Below are positions 51,949 through 64,000 of a DNA stretch of 64,000 nt, piece by piece; the stretch's first letter is position 1; each line of letters starts with the position of its first letter. This DNA is from Calcarisporiella thermophila CBS 279.70 (Eukaryota > Fungi > Calcarisporiellomycota): positions 615,905 to 679,904 of the forward strand of contig NW_027192204.1 in assembly GCF_041956535.1 (NCBI RefSeq), written 5' to 3'. Below the pieces are notes generated by a model. That model searched no databases. It saw only the letters and a program-made list of their open reading frames with translations, and was not told where the DNA came from. The position numbers and the translations under genes were made by a program.

Positions 51949-53898
51949 TTACAATCGATTCATTTCCATCGAGTACATACTCTCCAATTTTGACAAGATC
52001 CCTCGGACTCCAGTTGAAGCACCTTCGAACTCATGTAAGAAATCTAGGACAATAGTGAGGGAAGCAAGATTGGGGCATAAGCCAGTTTGAGTCCCGTACA
52101 CCAATATTTCAACTAAATTTTCAAGGAGATCCACATCCCGTGTCGCTCGCCATATTGCAAGAGTGATATCCGCTAGGAGCAGCCAGTGACCTTCAAAGTT
52201 ATCGCAGCCTTTGTCTATTAGTTGCTTAACAGCACGGGCATCCTGTCTCAATACTGCTGGTTTGAGAGAGGCCAAGAATTGCTGTACGCTTGTCAAAGAA
52301 GTATTGAAATGGGAAGAGGAAGTGGGAAACGAGAGATAAACGATGTATTCTAAAGCCGAATTTTGCTATATTAAATGGATAAATAAGACACTGAAATGGC
52401 AGAGGAATAAGTAAAGGTGAGAAGGAAGTCATTATTACCTCTATTTCCTTGCTAAATAACTTATCAATGGCATCAACCCTCAACAGATTTCCAATTCCCC
52501 ATAACCATACTAGCTGTTCGCGCTGTTTTATTGTTTCATACTCTCCAACGAGCAATGCCAATCTTCTCTCTTCATTTACAGCTTCGAGGGATCTTTTAAT
52601 AAAGGCAGAAAACAATGTTTGCATTGATTCTGGAGCAAACTGAGACATATTTTCATCGTTAAGTGTTGTGAACTTATTGCCCGCGAGCAAAGCTACGAGG
52701 CGTATAACTCGCCAGTCGGGGTGCTCTTCTATGTATCCTAATAGCACACGAATCCCGCGTGAGTACAACTCTGGATTACTCAGCATTATATTAAAAAAAT
52801 CTGATGCATCAAAATGCAGTTTAATTTGCACTGGTGATATATAGGAATAGCTGGGGGTGAAAAGTATGGGTGCTATGAGTGCAAGGAGCTCAGATTCAAG
52901 TACTTGAGGGTAGCAGAGCCAAAGAGAAAGCTTATCCTCAAGTGAAAGCCGTAGGTAAGCAGGAGAATCTGGGAGGGAGGCTACAAAATCATCGTAAAGG
53001 ACCGTATCCCTCCGACACATAGAATTTGTTCTTGCGACTTCACACCACTCCCATCCATTTCCTCGCCACTCCACACACCGTTCTAAATGAATTGCGCTTC
53101 TCACTACCTCTATTATCAAGTCGCTAGTTTCCTCATATCCCATCATTGCAATACATCCCTCAGCCACTTTCTTCACCAAAAATCTCTTTTCTTTTTCCAC
53201 TTTTATCTTCATCAGTGTGCCTATCGTCTCACGCAGAGTATGCATAAGCTCTTTGACTATGGCCCTTTCTATCGTAACTGACGATATCCCTAAGATGGAA
53301 GCAAATGACAGTAATGATTGATCATGGTGCGTCTGGGAATGAAACAGTGCACGTATTCGCTGAAGGCACCAGACTCGAGATCTGAATGGAAAAATAAATT
53401 AATTTAAGAAGCGGGATATTAGCATGAGACTCAGAAAAATTACCGGTTAAGAAGGGGGCCATCCATCTCACCGAAGCATTTCGCGTATTCTAATAAGCAT
53501 TTTGTAATCGCCTGACACAATTTGGGGTGGAGTGTCAATAATCTATTATACTAAAATATTTTATGTAAATTGGATTGGATGAGAGCGAAGTAAGCAAATA
53601 GAAAAAAGCACCGCCAATATAGTTAGCACTCGGCCTTCCTCCCTATATTTTTCCGCGCATTCGTCGGCAGTATCACAACTACCCAGTTTCTATACATACA
53701 TCCAAAAATATTAGTCATATTGTTAGTATTAATTTTGACTCGGCATACCTCAAAGAGAGTATCTAACCAACGAGATATATCAGGAATCAACGAAACGGAG
53801 TCGTGTGCATAAGCGAGCGAAAGAAAAGGATTTGTATTCACATTAGGGGTTATTTTATGCAGTAGAAATGGTAATGAGTCTACTGGATCTTTAGACAT
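51949..53898 (-). CDS. FANCC: FANCC-like protein (Fanconi anemia core complex subunit C homolog)
   Basis: Exons 53898-53749, 53689-53612, 53550-53444, 53381-52439 and about 52365-51949 join in phase. Colinear by-eye similarity to human FANCC as recalled from memory, e.g. LSLEDKLSLWLCYPQVLESELLALI vs [25 protein letters not shown]. The gene model is firmer than the name. Confidence 0.65.
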
Positions 53899-54218
53899 AC
53901 ATTAATTCTTTCCAAGATCTCTTTTTTAATCCCCATTAATATTATTTAATAGAGGTAAAAGGTGTGCTGCGCCATATTATAGAATATATGGCAGAAAAAT
54001 TTATAAAAGTTCAGATTTTGAGGGACCGTTAGGAATCACAAGGCGTAATATTTTTATTTGTAAATTCATTACTTTAAACATATCCCGATATCATTATTTG
54101 GAGATTGATATAACCAGTACTTACCTTCCGAATGGCAACATGGTACTTTCACGGTCTAAAATATAAAGTATTTAGTATTTGATATAAATAAACGAATTGC
54201 ATCAGAAAATGTGCATAA

Positions 54219-54306
54219 GCTCATGTTGAAGACTGAAGTGATTTTTTCTCATCACCGATCCAAGAATGGATCTGAGAGTGGTGCATGAATCAATTTTAAT
54301 CATCGC
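54219..54306 (-). ncRNA. Box C/D snoRNA, snR55/U33-like, copy 1
   Basis: C (ATGATTA); guide CATGCACCAC then D' CAGA; GATCC/GGATC stem; C' GTGATGA; 15-nt guide CACTTCAGTCTTCAA then D-like ATGA. Confidence 0.75.
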
Positions 54307-54461
54307 AAGCACACATGGACAGGGGATGAAATACTAACCAGTTATTCGCTAATTGGGTCGTTACGTGAATTGGAACAAAAACCGATCTATTAAGAGTAAA
54401 ATAGATATTAGATGATTCATATTGATATTGGTAAGCTGGTATCATTAAAAAATAATAGAAA

Positions 54462-54548
54462 GCTCATGTTGAAGACTGAAGTGTTTTTTTATCATCACCG
54501 ATCCACTCAAGGATCTGAGAGTGGTGCATGAAACAATTTAATCATAGC
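54462..54548 (-). ncRNA. Box C/D snoRNA, snR55/U33-like, copy 2
   Basis: Tandem paralog; boxes, guides and stem are conserved and only loops and spacers differ. Confidence 0.75.
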
Positions 54549-55727
54549 AAAGTAGAAAGTATGGATGAAAACTTACCTTAGTCAGTAGAAGTTGATAATT
54601 GATTAGACTCGTTAATTCTATGAGAAAATGCATATTCAATTAGAATTAATTTAATCCAATATCCAATTTCGAATTAAGAAATAGCATATCAGTAACTTCG
54701 AAAAATATCTTCAAAGTATATAATAATCAGAGAGATTCCCATTGAAGTTCAAGAAAGCATCATGTATGCATACAAAAGCTTCGATGGATGAATAGATATT
54801 TACCTCGTAAACACAATAAAAATCTTCGTCGTTAGGATGGATGCTAATAAGAGAAAATGGGAGTTGAATAGGGTTGACTCTAACGCGACGCGTTAATAAA
54901 GAGTGATTGCTGCGCCACAATACTTATTTTATTTTGATTATAAGATCAAAGAATAGGGAAGCCCGATAACAGATTAAATAGCGTTTCAAGTACTGAATTA
55001 AACTGCAAGCACCCACTGAGACAATATTTTTGGCTAAAACTCATACGATTGAGCTAGATGCTTAATCTCTTTCACGCCAACGTAGCCTTCTAATTTTCTC
55101 AGCTACCACAAGCATTTTGCAAATAAATAGAATGTAAAATATTATTAGAACATTGAAGTTGAGGAAGTTAAATAAGATGAATTTCAAAATAGGAAGGGGG
55201 TTGCAACATTGAACCGTTTTAAGTATAATAAATCTTTCATTTCCTAGTCAATAGAAAAGATACGGGTTATATTTAGACAAGACTCGTATTAAGGGCATGT
55301 AGATTGAGGCGCAAAGACACTCTATTCTCTCTTCCAGCTATATTTACTATACCGAGTGAAATGAGGAATTGGTAGAAATATGTGATCATGAAATCACCTA
55401 ATGTTTTGAAATTTGAAATAGAGAAAGATTTTACACTCAAAGAGCGGTTTATTTAATAATATAAGACAAAGAGTTTGTAATATCATATTATATATATTTG
55501 CCACTAGAAGAATGATCCTATTTCCTTATCTTTGCGTTTTTTCGTAGTTCTATTCTCTTTTTCACGCTCATTTAAATTTGACTGATATATTTTCTTTTAT
55601 GAATGAATAGTAGAATACATCTCTAAGAAATAAAAGACTTACCAATCCAACCAATCAAAATTTCATTTTTGAGCTTCTCCTTTTTGGAGTTTTTCAATCC
55701 TAGTCAAGTATACCCTAACTTAGACTC

Positions 55728-58700
55728 ATGCCCCCGGAGCATTTTAATTCAAAATTGCTCCACTCAATGCCAATACTAGTGGTAGACAAACCACTACCAA
55801 AGACTCCAACACCAGAAGAAGATCATAAGAACTATGAACCTATAAAAGATGCAGTTGGAAAGAAGAAGAGGTTCAGCATCGATGTGATAGGAACAAGGAA
55901 TGGACCATCAGGAAAATCTAATGAAAAGCCCAATTGTAATGGGAGTATCAAAAAATCGCGACCCAGCCTTGACCTTCGAAAGGGAGCCAATGGCTCTTCG
56001 CAAAACACTCTTCCCGATGAAAACAAGACACTCCAGAAGCGCGCGTCTCTAAAGGACAGGGTGGTGAGCAAATTGGCTACTCGCAAACATGGCAAGGCAG
56101 TTGATACAAGGCCAAGTTCTAGGATGGATCGGTCTGAACTAGAGCGAACACAAAATCTAGCGGAGATAGCTAGCGTGAAAGATAATATCAAAGAAGAAGA
56201 AGCAATGCAGTGGAGCAAAATTCGAGAACCCGGTGGGAATCCTCCGTCGCTAACGCTGGACCTTGATAACAAAGTTTTACCCTCGCTTCCTAGCCTGGAC
56301 GTCGAATCAGAGGAAGAGGAATTGATAACACCAACAGCGCCTAAAAAATTTGGAGTTGATTTTCCTCCACGAGCAGGGAGTATATTCGAAGAGGAAGTCA
56401 GTAGAGGGAGGAGCAAGAGTACGCGAGGTATTGTAGACAAGACAGATAGTTTGTTACAATCAAATCCTTTGTCATCAACAACATCAATTTCAGACGACTC
56501 CTCGCATTATTCATTGTCTACTGCCACTCCCTTTCGAAGTTCTGTCTCTTCCACTCTATCCGTGGATGACCTGAGAGATATCAGCGATATGGCAGTTATG
56601 GCAGCTCGCACTACAGCTACATCTAGGCCCATGTCACAGGATGAGATAGCTTCTCCTGTATCTGCACCGATTATTCCAATAAACAACAGCAATGATACCG
56701 AATCCCCTTCTGCTGTCCCAGTTGTCCAGATACAGGTCCCCAAGCCTTCAAAATGGTCTGCTTTGCGTACAGGGGTGCGACTTGGACGATTAGCCAAGAA
56801 GAATAAAGACAACATACCAACTAAGGAAAAAACAGGCGCGGATATAGTTACCGAGCTATTTACGGGCCTACTACCAGTCCATTGCATCGGAATGCATATT
56901 TTACGTGATGAACGCGGGAATCGGCGAGTTCCTGTGATGCTAAGCCAGCTCCAGGTAATCTTAGATTCCTATCTTTTTCTTTTTGGTGCTCATTATTCAC
57001 TGAACTGATATGATATTTTTGAATTAAAGCTAAAAATTACAGACTCTGACATTCACAGCCGTACTCGAGCCAAATTCCGTATAGAACTAGAATACGGCGA
57101 CGGCATCCGTAAATGGGTTGTTGAAAAGCAGTATCGTGATTTTGTAAGCCTGAATGCGCGTCTCCGTCTCTCAGACCCCGCTGGCACCCTTCTTAACAAC
57201 TTTCCCAAATTACCGAAACTGCATTCTCATCATTTACGCCGATCATGGTCTCCAAGTTCCGGGTTGCTCCGCAGAGGCAGCTTTATGGATTCCAATGCAG
57301 TGATGCGGTTCGCTTCCCATATTTTTACTGATGACAGTCGAGGAGATAATTATTCTGGTAGCAAATTTACAAACAGGTCACCGGAAAATTCGACGCAGGA
57401 TCTACCTTCACTTGTGCCTCACTCCCCCGCATCCGACCACGACATGACGGTCCGTGGAGATTTACTAAGTCTATTTCGCCTATCACAGCATATTCCTCAT
57501 TCATCCCAGCAAAACCTATCAAGCCAAGTTCATTTACCCAGCGAACAAGCCCATCATGCCCGTGAGATTCGCGAGAAGCTTGAAAAATACTTGCTGGATC
57601 TCATTCGGTATCTTCTATTTCGTCCTGAAGCCAGTAAGCTGTGCAAATTTCTTGAGCTGAGTGCAATTGGGTTGGAAATCGCGCCCAAGGGAGGATACCA
57701 GGGGAAAGAAGGCTATCTGTATTTGCAGATGGAGAGTGTCCTGCCTAAGTGGGTAGCCGGCCCTTTGCGTATCAATGAAGAGGGAAAGTGGTTTTTGGTA
57801 CGACATAATTATGTTCTCTATGTCAGCCATCCTGCAGAGGTGAGAATTAACTAATAATGTAGATACTGATGGCGGTCTAATTATATTTACATCCTCGCAG
57901 AATGCTATTAAGGATGTGATACTCGTCGATTCCAAATTCGATGTTATGGAGGACAATTTCTTTGTCCCCACTCAGCATACTTCTAAGGCTGCCAATCTCC
58001 CTCGGCAACATTTCTTAACCATAACGAATTCCGAAAGGACGCTTCGCTTGCGAGCAAAACACGAATTCGAGATGGATCAGTTCTTAGCTTCGCTTGAAAA
58101 TCTTAAGCAATCTGAATGGGCGGCGAGGTCAAAAAGATTTGATTCGTTTGCACCTGTTAGAAAGTACGCAGCGGCAGAGTGGTTGGTGGACGGAAGAGAT
58201 TATATGTGGAGAGTTAGCCGAGCAATTGCCATGGCAAAGGAATCCATCTACATCGAAGATTGGTTCCTTAGCCCTGAGATTTACCTTCGCCGGCCTGCAA
58301 CGAAATTTCCAGAGTGGCGTCTCGATCGGTTGTTAAAGCGCAAGGCGGAGCAAGGGGTCAAGATTTTCGTTGTCTTGTATCGAGAGATTGCCAAGGCAAC
58401 CCCACTGTTCTCATCTCATGCTAAAGAAGTGCTCCTTGGTTTGCATAAGAATGTACACGTGCAGCGACATCCATTCGGTACGAACCGTCGAACCTATTAT
58501 TACGCTCATCATGAAAAACTAGTGGTGGTGGATAATGTAATCGCTTTTATTGGAGGGCTCGATTTATGCTTTGGACGATGGTTCTTATCCTACGAGAATT
58601 ACCTTAACTCAAGCATATCGATACTGATTCGGTTTTCACTATTGTTTATAGGGATAGCCCACAGCATGTAATGGAAGACGACCGTATTCCAGGCCAGGAT

Positions 58701-60742
58701 GACATTAACAATGATAACCCGCAAATTTGGCTTGGCAAAGATTACTCGAACACACGCCGCTGCGAATTCTATGGTTTAAATAAGCCTTTTGAAGACAGCA
58801 TTGACCGATCCAAAATACCTCGAATGCCCTGGCATGATGTGGCCATGATGTTGGTTGGGCAGCCAGCTCGAGATGTGGGGCGACATTTCATCCAGCGCTG
58901 GAATTTTCTTCGCCGTAGTCGACAAGACCGCGATAACTATCCATTTTTGCTTCCTCCTCCTGACTTTAAGCAAATCGACCTGGATCGACTTGGTCTGACT
59001 GGGACGTGCGAGGTACAAATCCTGCGGTCAGTGAGTGACTGGTCTATGGGTGTGAAAGAGACAGAACAGTCGATTCACAAAGCATACATACGGTGCATAG
59101 AGCGCGCAGAAAAGTTTATCTATATTGAAAACCAGTTTTTCATCACTTCCACCATAGTGGAAGGCGTTCGCATCGATAATGGCATAGGTGAGGCGATTGT
59201 CGCACGCATTATTCGGGCGCGGTTGAGAAACGAAAAGTTCCGCATTGTGCTAGTCATGCCACTCCTGCCTGATTTCTGCTCGGCAGTGGAAGCCAATTCT
59301 GGTACTCCTCTGAGGCGAATACTATATTTCCAATACATGTCGATATGCCGCGGGGAGCATTCAATCTACGGACGCCTGCAGAAAGAGGGTATAAACCCGG
59401 ACGATTATTTCACCATTTATGGCTTACGTCAGTGGGACAAACTTGGAGGACAATATGTGACCGAGCAGGTGTATGTGCATACCAAACTCATGATAGTAGA
59501 CGACCGCACTGTCATAATTGGTAGTGCGAATATTAATGAACGCTCACTGCGCGGAGACAGAGACTCTGAGATTGCCGCTATTGTGCGTGATACGGACCAA
59601 ATTGATTCGTACATGAATGGAAAACCATTCAAAGTTGGCCGATTTGCTTATACGCTGCGAAAACGCTTGATGATGGAGCACCTAGGCCTGGACGTGGATT
59701 CGCTTGGAGAGGAACTTGCTCGGGTGTACACTCCTCAAGAGGATAGTGACAGTGAGACCTCAGAAGAACGTGGACGGAGCCGTCCCTCATCTGCAGCTAG
59801 CAAAGAGAGCAATTCTCAGGAGGACAGGAAAGAAAAACGCCGCACCAGGCGCTACTCACTCAAAATGGATAACGTGTTTGGAGATAATAACCCTGCACCT
59901 ATTCTTTATACCTCGCGAGCCACAACCGTTGCCGTTCCCACTCGAGGCGGAAATCGTGATAGATCAGTTTCTAACTCGCGCAGTCGCTCGCGTACTCGTG
60001 GTGGAGAAAAGGCCAATCTGCCTCGATTATTGAAGCATTTCAAGAATTATGACACTTATGATGACCCACTGCCCGATATCACACCCGACAAGTTCACTGA
60101 CCCATTAATTGACACATTTTTCATCGAGGTTTGGCAGCGTACGGCAAACCATAACACCGACGTTTTCCGTAAAGTATTCAAGCCAGTCCCCGATGATAAT
60201 GTCACTAACTGGGTATTTAGTTTATATTTTCCTTGGCCAGAGCTCTAATGAAGTAACTCTTACTATTTAATCTCTTCTACTTTTAGAAACTGTATAAAGA
60301 GTTTCTGCAGCTTTCTGAAATGGGGAACTTGAACATAAGTAGCCCTGCAAGCGACCAAGTGGATTCACGTTATGCTCCCACCCGAACGTCCACTGTGAAC
60401 GGAGAGAATGTATCTCTACCCCCTATCACACGATCAGCTACACAACCCATTCCTGGCACCGTTGAAAGTTCGTCGGAAAATAGTACTGGTATTCCGGTAG
60501 ACGAGGTCAACCATGCTCCCATAGAGCGCCAGTTAACCTTTTCTTCCATTACTTCACGCCACCCCCTACATGCCAATGCTGGAGTTATGAGCTTAAATCA
60601 AGACGAAGAACGAATTCTTGAACATGAACTTAGTGAGATCCGTGGCCATCTTGTTGTATATCCGACACGATTTTTGTGTGAGAATACCGACGAATTGGTG
60701 ACGGAAAAAGATAAGCTCTTCCCTTTACAAATTTTTGCTTGA
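55728..60742 (+). CDS. SPO14: Phospholipase D (Spo14/PLD1-type; PX-PH + two HKD motifs)
   Basis: HHEKLVVVDNVIAFIGGLDL and YVHTKLMIVDDRTVIIGSANINERS; PRMPWHD; YIENQFF; RGHLVVYPTRFL; four introns. Confidence 0.95.
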
Positions 60743-62307
60743 TTATTTGATATCTCCTTGCCTGTACTTTGTTGAAATACCACATTATTTATACCTAGAA
60801 TAGTATTCCGTATAAGATATCATTTTTCATATTTTACAAATAGTTTGCCATTATATTATATTATTTTCGTTTTTTATCCAATCTTCTGTTTCGCATGGCT
60901 TCATTTAATAATAATAATATTTTATTTTGCACCCTAAATTGTAGGTTAATCAATTATCTTTCGAAAGAATCGCACGGGCAGAAGCTAGGAGGTTAGTAGC
61001 ACTATGACAGATTATTGACATAAAATGTATGAGAGCAATTAAAATTGCACCACCGTTTTATTAAGCGCGGTGTCATATAGGAGGAATCAATTCAGGGCGA
61101 AGCTCAAGCGGTAGCTCGATCCTAAGAAACCTAAACTTTTTTATTGGGAGAGTATTGATATGGTACCTTATGTAATTCTATGCTTAGAGGCAAGATCAGA
61201 AAATACGCTCTTGGAGTCGGTAACTGAAAAAAAAAAAGGAAAATTTATATCTAGTCCATCTGCTGCGGGAAAACTTGTAGAAGCGATTTGGTAACATGAC
61301 TATGCCTTTTTGGATTTAACGGTTGAAACGTGACAATTAGAGGGAATTTAATTTTAGATATCACGACGGTCTTTGTTGACGTATTGCTCTGAGCTAGTCA
61401 GAATACAAGAAGCAAAAATAGACAAGCAGCAAGAGATAGTAATATTACACAATAAATAAAATTTGGCCAAATGCTACTAAACTCGCCCAGGAAATTAAGT
61501 ATAGACGAGAAAGACCTTCTGGTAAATATAGGAAAGGGCTTGGGAATGCCATAGTCTTTAATCAGCAATATTTGGATTAAAACAGCAGACTACTATGACT
61601 TAAGTCCGCGCATTAAATAAAACGCTTGTATCCATTAAATTCTATTCTAACGGATGCTTACGTTGTATTTGAGTAGCAAAGTCATAAGCCCTCACTCTTA
61701 GCCGTCACCTGGAAATAGGCAAAGAGAAATTTGCGTGGCTTGGTACGACCCCGATATACAAGCCAATTGCTCAAGGTTAATTACACCGAGCACAGACAAT
61801 AAAAGAATTTTTCCACTGAGAGCGAACCTAAAATTCAAAAATCAAATGATTCACTTTACCGTCACAAGGTACAATGAGGAAGTTACTCCGATTATGCTTT
61901 TGTGTACGAGGAAGAATTAGAGAAAAGACAACGAAAAGCCTACGATAAAAAAAACTATGCAATCGATTTTTAGGTATCAGTTGATTATTCAATACTCATT
62001 TATAAAGTAGCAAGAGCAATCCAAAGTTTGCGGTTGGAGTATTCAGATAATGTACATTAGAAACGTCATCCATTTTTATTTTCGATGTAAATTTCAGTAA
62101 ACCTATACTGTCTTTTTACTAATATTTAGTCTGATTTACTTTCGTGCTACAAACCCAAGTATTTATAAGGAGGGCCTGGGAATTAGCGTCGCCTCTCTAG
62201 ATTCAAACATAATTCTCTTCGGATTCCCCTCCCCCCTTTTTTCATTATCCTCCTAATTCTCCTTTAATCTTTCTTTATAAACAACCCCCATTCCTTTCAT
62301 TTCTACC

Positions 62308-63799
62308 ATGAAGTTAACAACCTCACTGGTAGCAGCTGCTTTTGCCTTTGCTGTTCTTGCCCCTTCAGAAGCGGCACTTCACAAGCGACACCAAGTGCTT
62401 TGGGAAGGCGCGGATTTTATGGAAGCTGTTGCCGAGGCTCAAAAGGCCAACCCCAATGCATTCCCGGTGTACTGGTTCGACCAGAAAGTAGATCATTTCA
62501 GTAAGCATAGCCCTAAGTTCAAGCAGCGCTATTTCCTGAATGATACCTATTACAAGCCTGGAGGTCCTGTTTTATGTAAGAAATCAAGAATAAAAATACT
62601 ATTCTTCGGGCATATTTCTTACAAACTCCTTCCCTGGTTTTATAGTGTATGCTCCAGGCGAAGCTACCGCTCGTCCGGTCGGCGGAGGACAGTTGCGCGA
62701 GCTTGCCAAAGCAACAAATGGATTGATGGTGTCGCTGGAACATCGCTACTATGGAGAGTCTCTTCCCACTAAGAAATCCGACTTTCATGGTATGCGATTC
62801 CTCACCGTGGACAATGCTCTTGCCGATATGGCCTACTTTATCAAACACTCCAAGCTTCCCAAGGTGTCCAAGAAGACTAAATGGGCCGTTGTTGGAGGAT
62901 CTTATCCCGGTGTGCAAGCTGCATGGATGCGCCAATCTTACCCAGATCTCGTTCATGCTGCCCTTGCATCTTCAGCACCTGTACAGGCAAAGGAAGACTT
63001 TTATGAATATGATCAGGCTATGAGTGACGCACTCCCATGCTCCGGCGATCTTCACAAAGTGTCACGTTACGTGGATCGCATCTTGGAGTCTGGAAACCGC
63101 GGCAAGATCAATAAGATCAAGAAGATGTTCCATCTCCAAAATATCACCTCGGATGCTGACTTTGCTTTCGCCTATACCGATATTCTCGCCGGTCTTGTGC
63201 AATACTACTGGCCAGCAAAAGAAGACCCGATCGAGCAATTCTGCAATTCCGTTAAAGCAGCTAAGACAATTGAGGATAAAATCAAAGTTTGGGGCGACTA
63301 TATTAAGGATAAACACGACAGTGATCCCGACCTCTTGCACTTTTATGACTACGACGGCATGCGTAAGGACCTCAAGCATGATAACACTAAGTCATGGTAC
63401 TGGCAGACATGTCTAGAGCTTGGATATTTCCAAACTGCTCCAAGGGGCAAGTCCATTCGTTCTCGCTTCTGTGATCTGAAGCAACAGCGCGGAGCATGCA
63501 AGAAGATTTTCGGTAAATCTATGCGCCCTGATATCGCCAAAGTCAATCGCAAACACCACGGCTGGAACATCAAGACTTCCCGCATCCATTTCACCGATGG
63601 CGAACTCGACCCTTGGAAGCGTCTTTCCGTCAACTCTGACAAAGCACCGACACGCAAACCTACTAATAACAACCCGCTTTCCGTTATTGAGAGAGGTTCG
63701 CATTGTACCGATCTTTACAATCCTACTGCCAGTGATTCAAAGTCTCTAAAGGATGCGCGTAAAAGTGAAATCGAGGCGTTTAAGAGGTGGTTGTTGTAA
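62308..63799 (+). CDS. Secreted serine peptidase, family S28
   Basis: Signal peptide; FDQKVDHF; FKQRY; intron 62576-62645; LEHRYYGES; GGSYPG; ASSAPV; GELDPW; SHCTDL. Confidence 0.95.
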
Positions 63800-64000
63800 A
63801 TGAACTAACACTAAATGCGTATACCACGATTATTACCCTTACCAATCTTTCCTACCACTCTTAAGGCTTTCCTCTAATCTGGAGAGATTTTAATCAAGGG
63901 GCTAATTAATATATATATTAATCTTATATATAATCGTTATATTTAATTTATACCTGTATTTATTACTTGATAATATCAAAATTAAAATAAATTCGACGTT

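Noticed and set aside
54219-54548. Duplicated element as a TPP riboswitch or hammerhead ribozyme (CTGAGA, CTGAAG on +)
   Set aside because: The remaining core motifs are absent; a minus-strand C/D snoRNA explains all conserved blocks.

Overview
Intron-rich eukaryotic DNA from an early-diverging fungus, most likely Mucoromycota. This is inferred from short (mostly 50-100 nt) GT-AG introns, a chitin synthase, BCAS3 and M13 peptidase-like genes. About 21 protein-coding genes are supportable: PH+LRR protein, Nem1, polyQ zinc-finger protein, Ato/SatP transporter, RPL36, Yos9/OS-9, cystathionine gamma-synthase, chitin synthase, GPI-anchored protein, M20 amidohydrolase, Vts1, GST, a catalytically dead neprilysin, a small Kex2-processed 8-Cys peptide, a membrane protein, BCAS3, a TPT-family transporter, a FANCC-like protein, phospholipase D and an S28 peptidase, plus one weak small-ORF candidate. 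There is also one intron-containing tRNA-Tyr and two tandem C/D snoRNAs. The standout is 38.5-42.6 kb: seven co-oriented non-LTR retroelements (three tRNA-headed SINEs and four 5'-truncated LINE pieces). Their overlapping target-site duplications show serial insertion into the same window about 60-90 bp upstream of the tRNA-Tyr gene, youngest nearest the tRNA, and several share a 3' stem-loop. All homology calls were made by eye from motifs and recalled sequences; no database searches were run.
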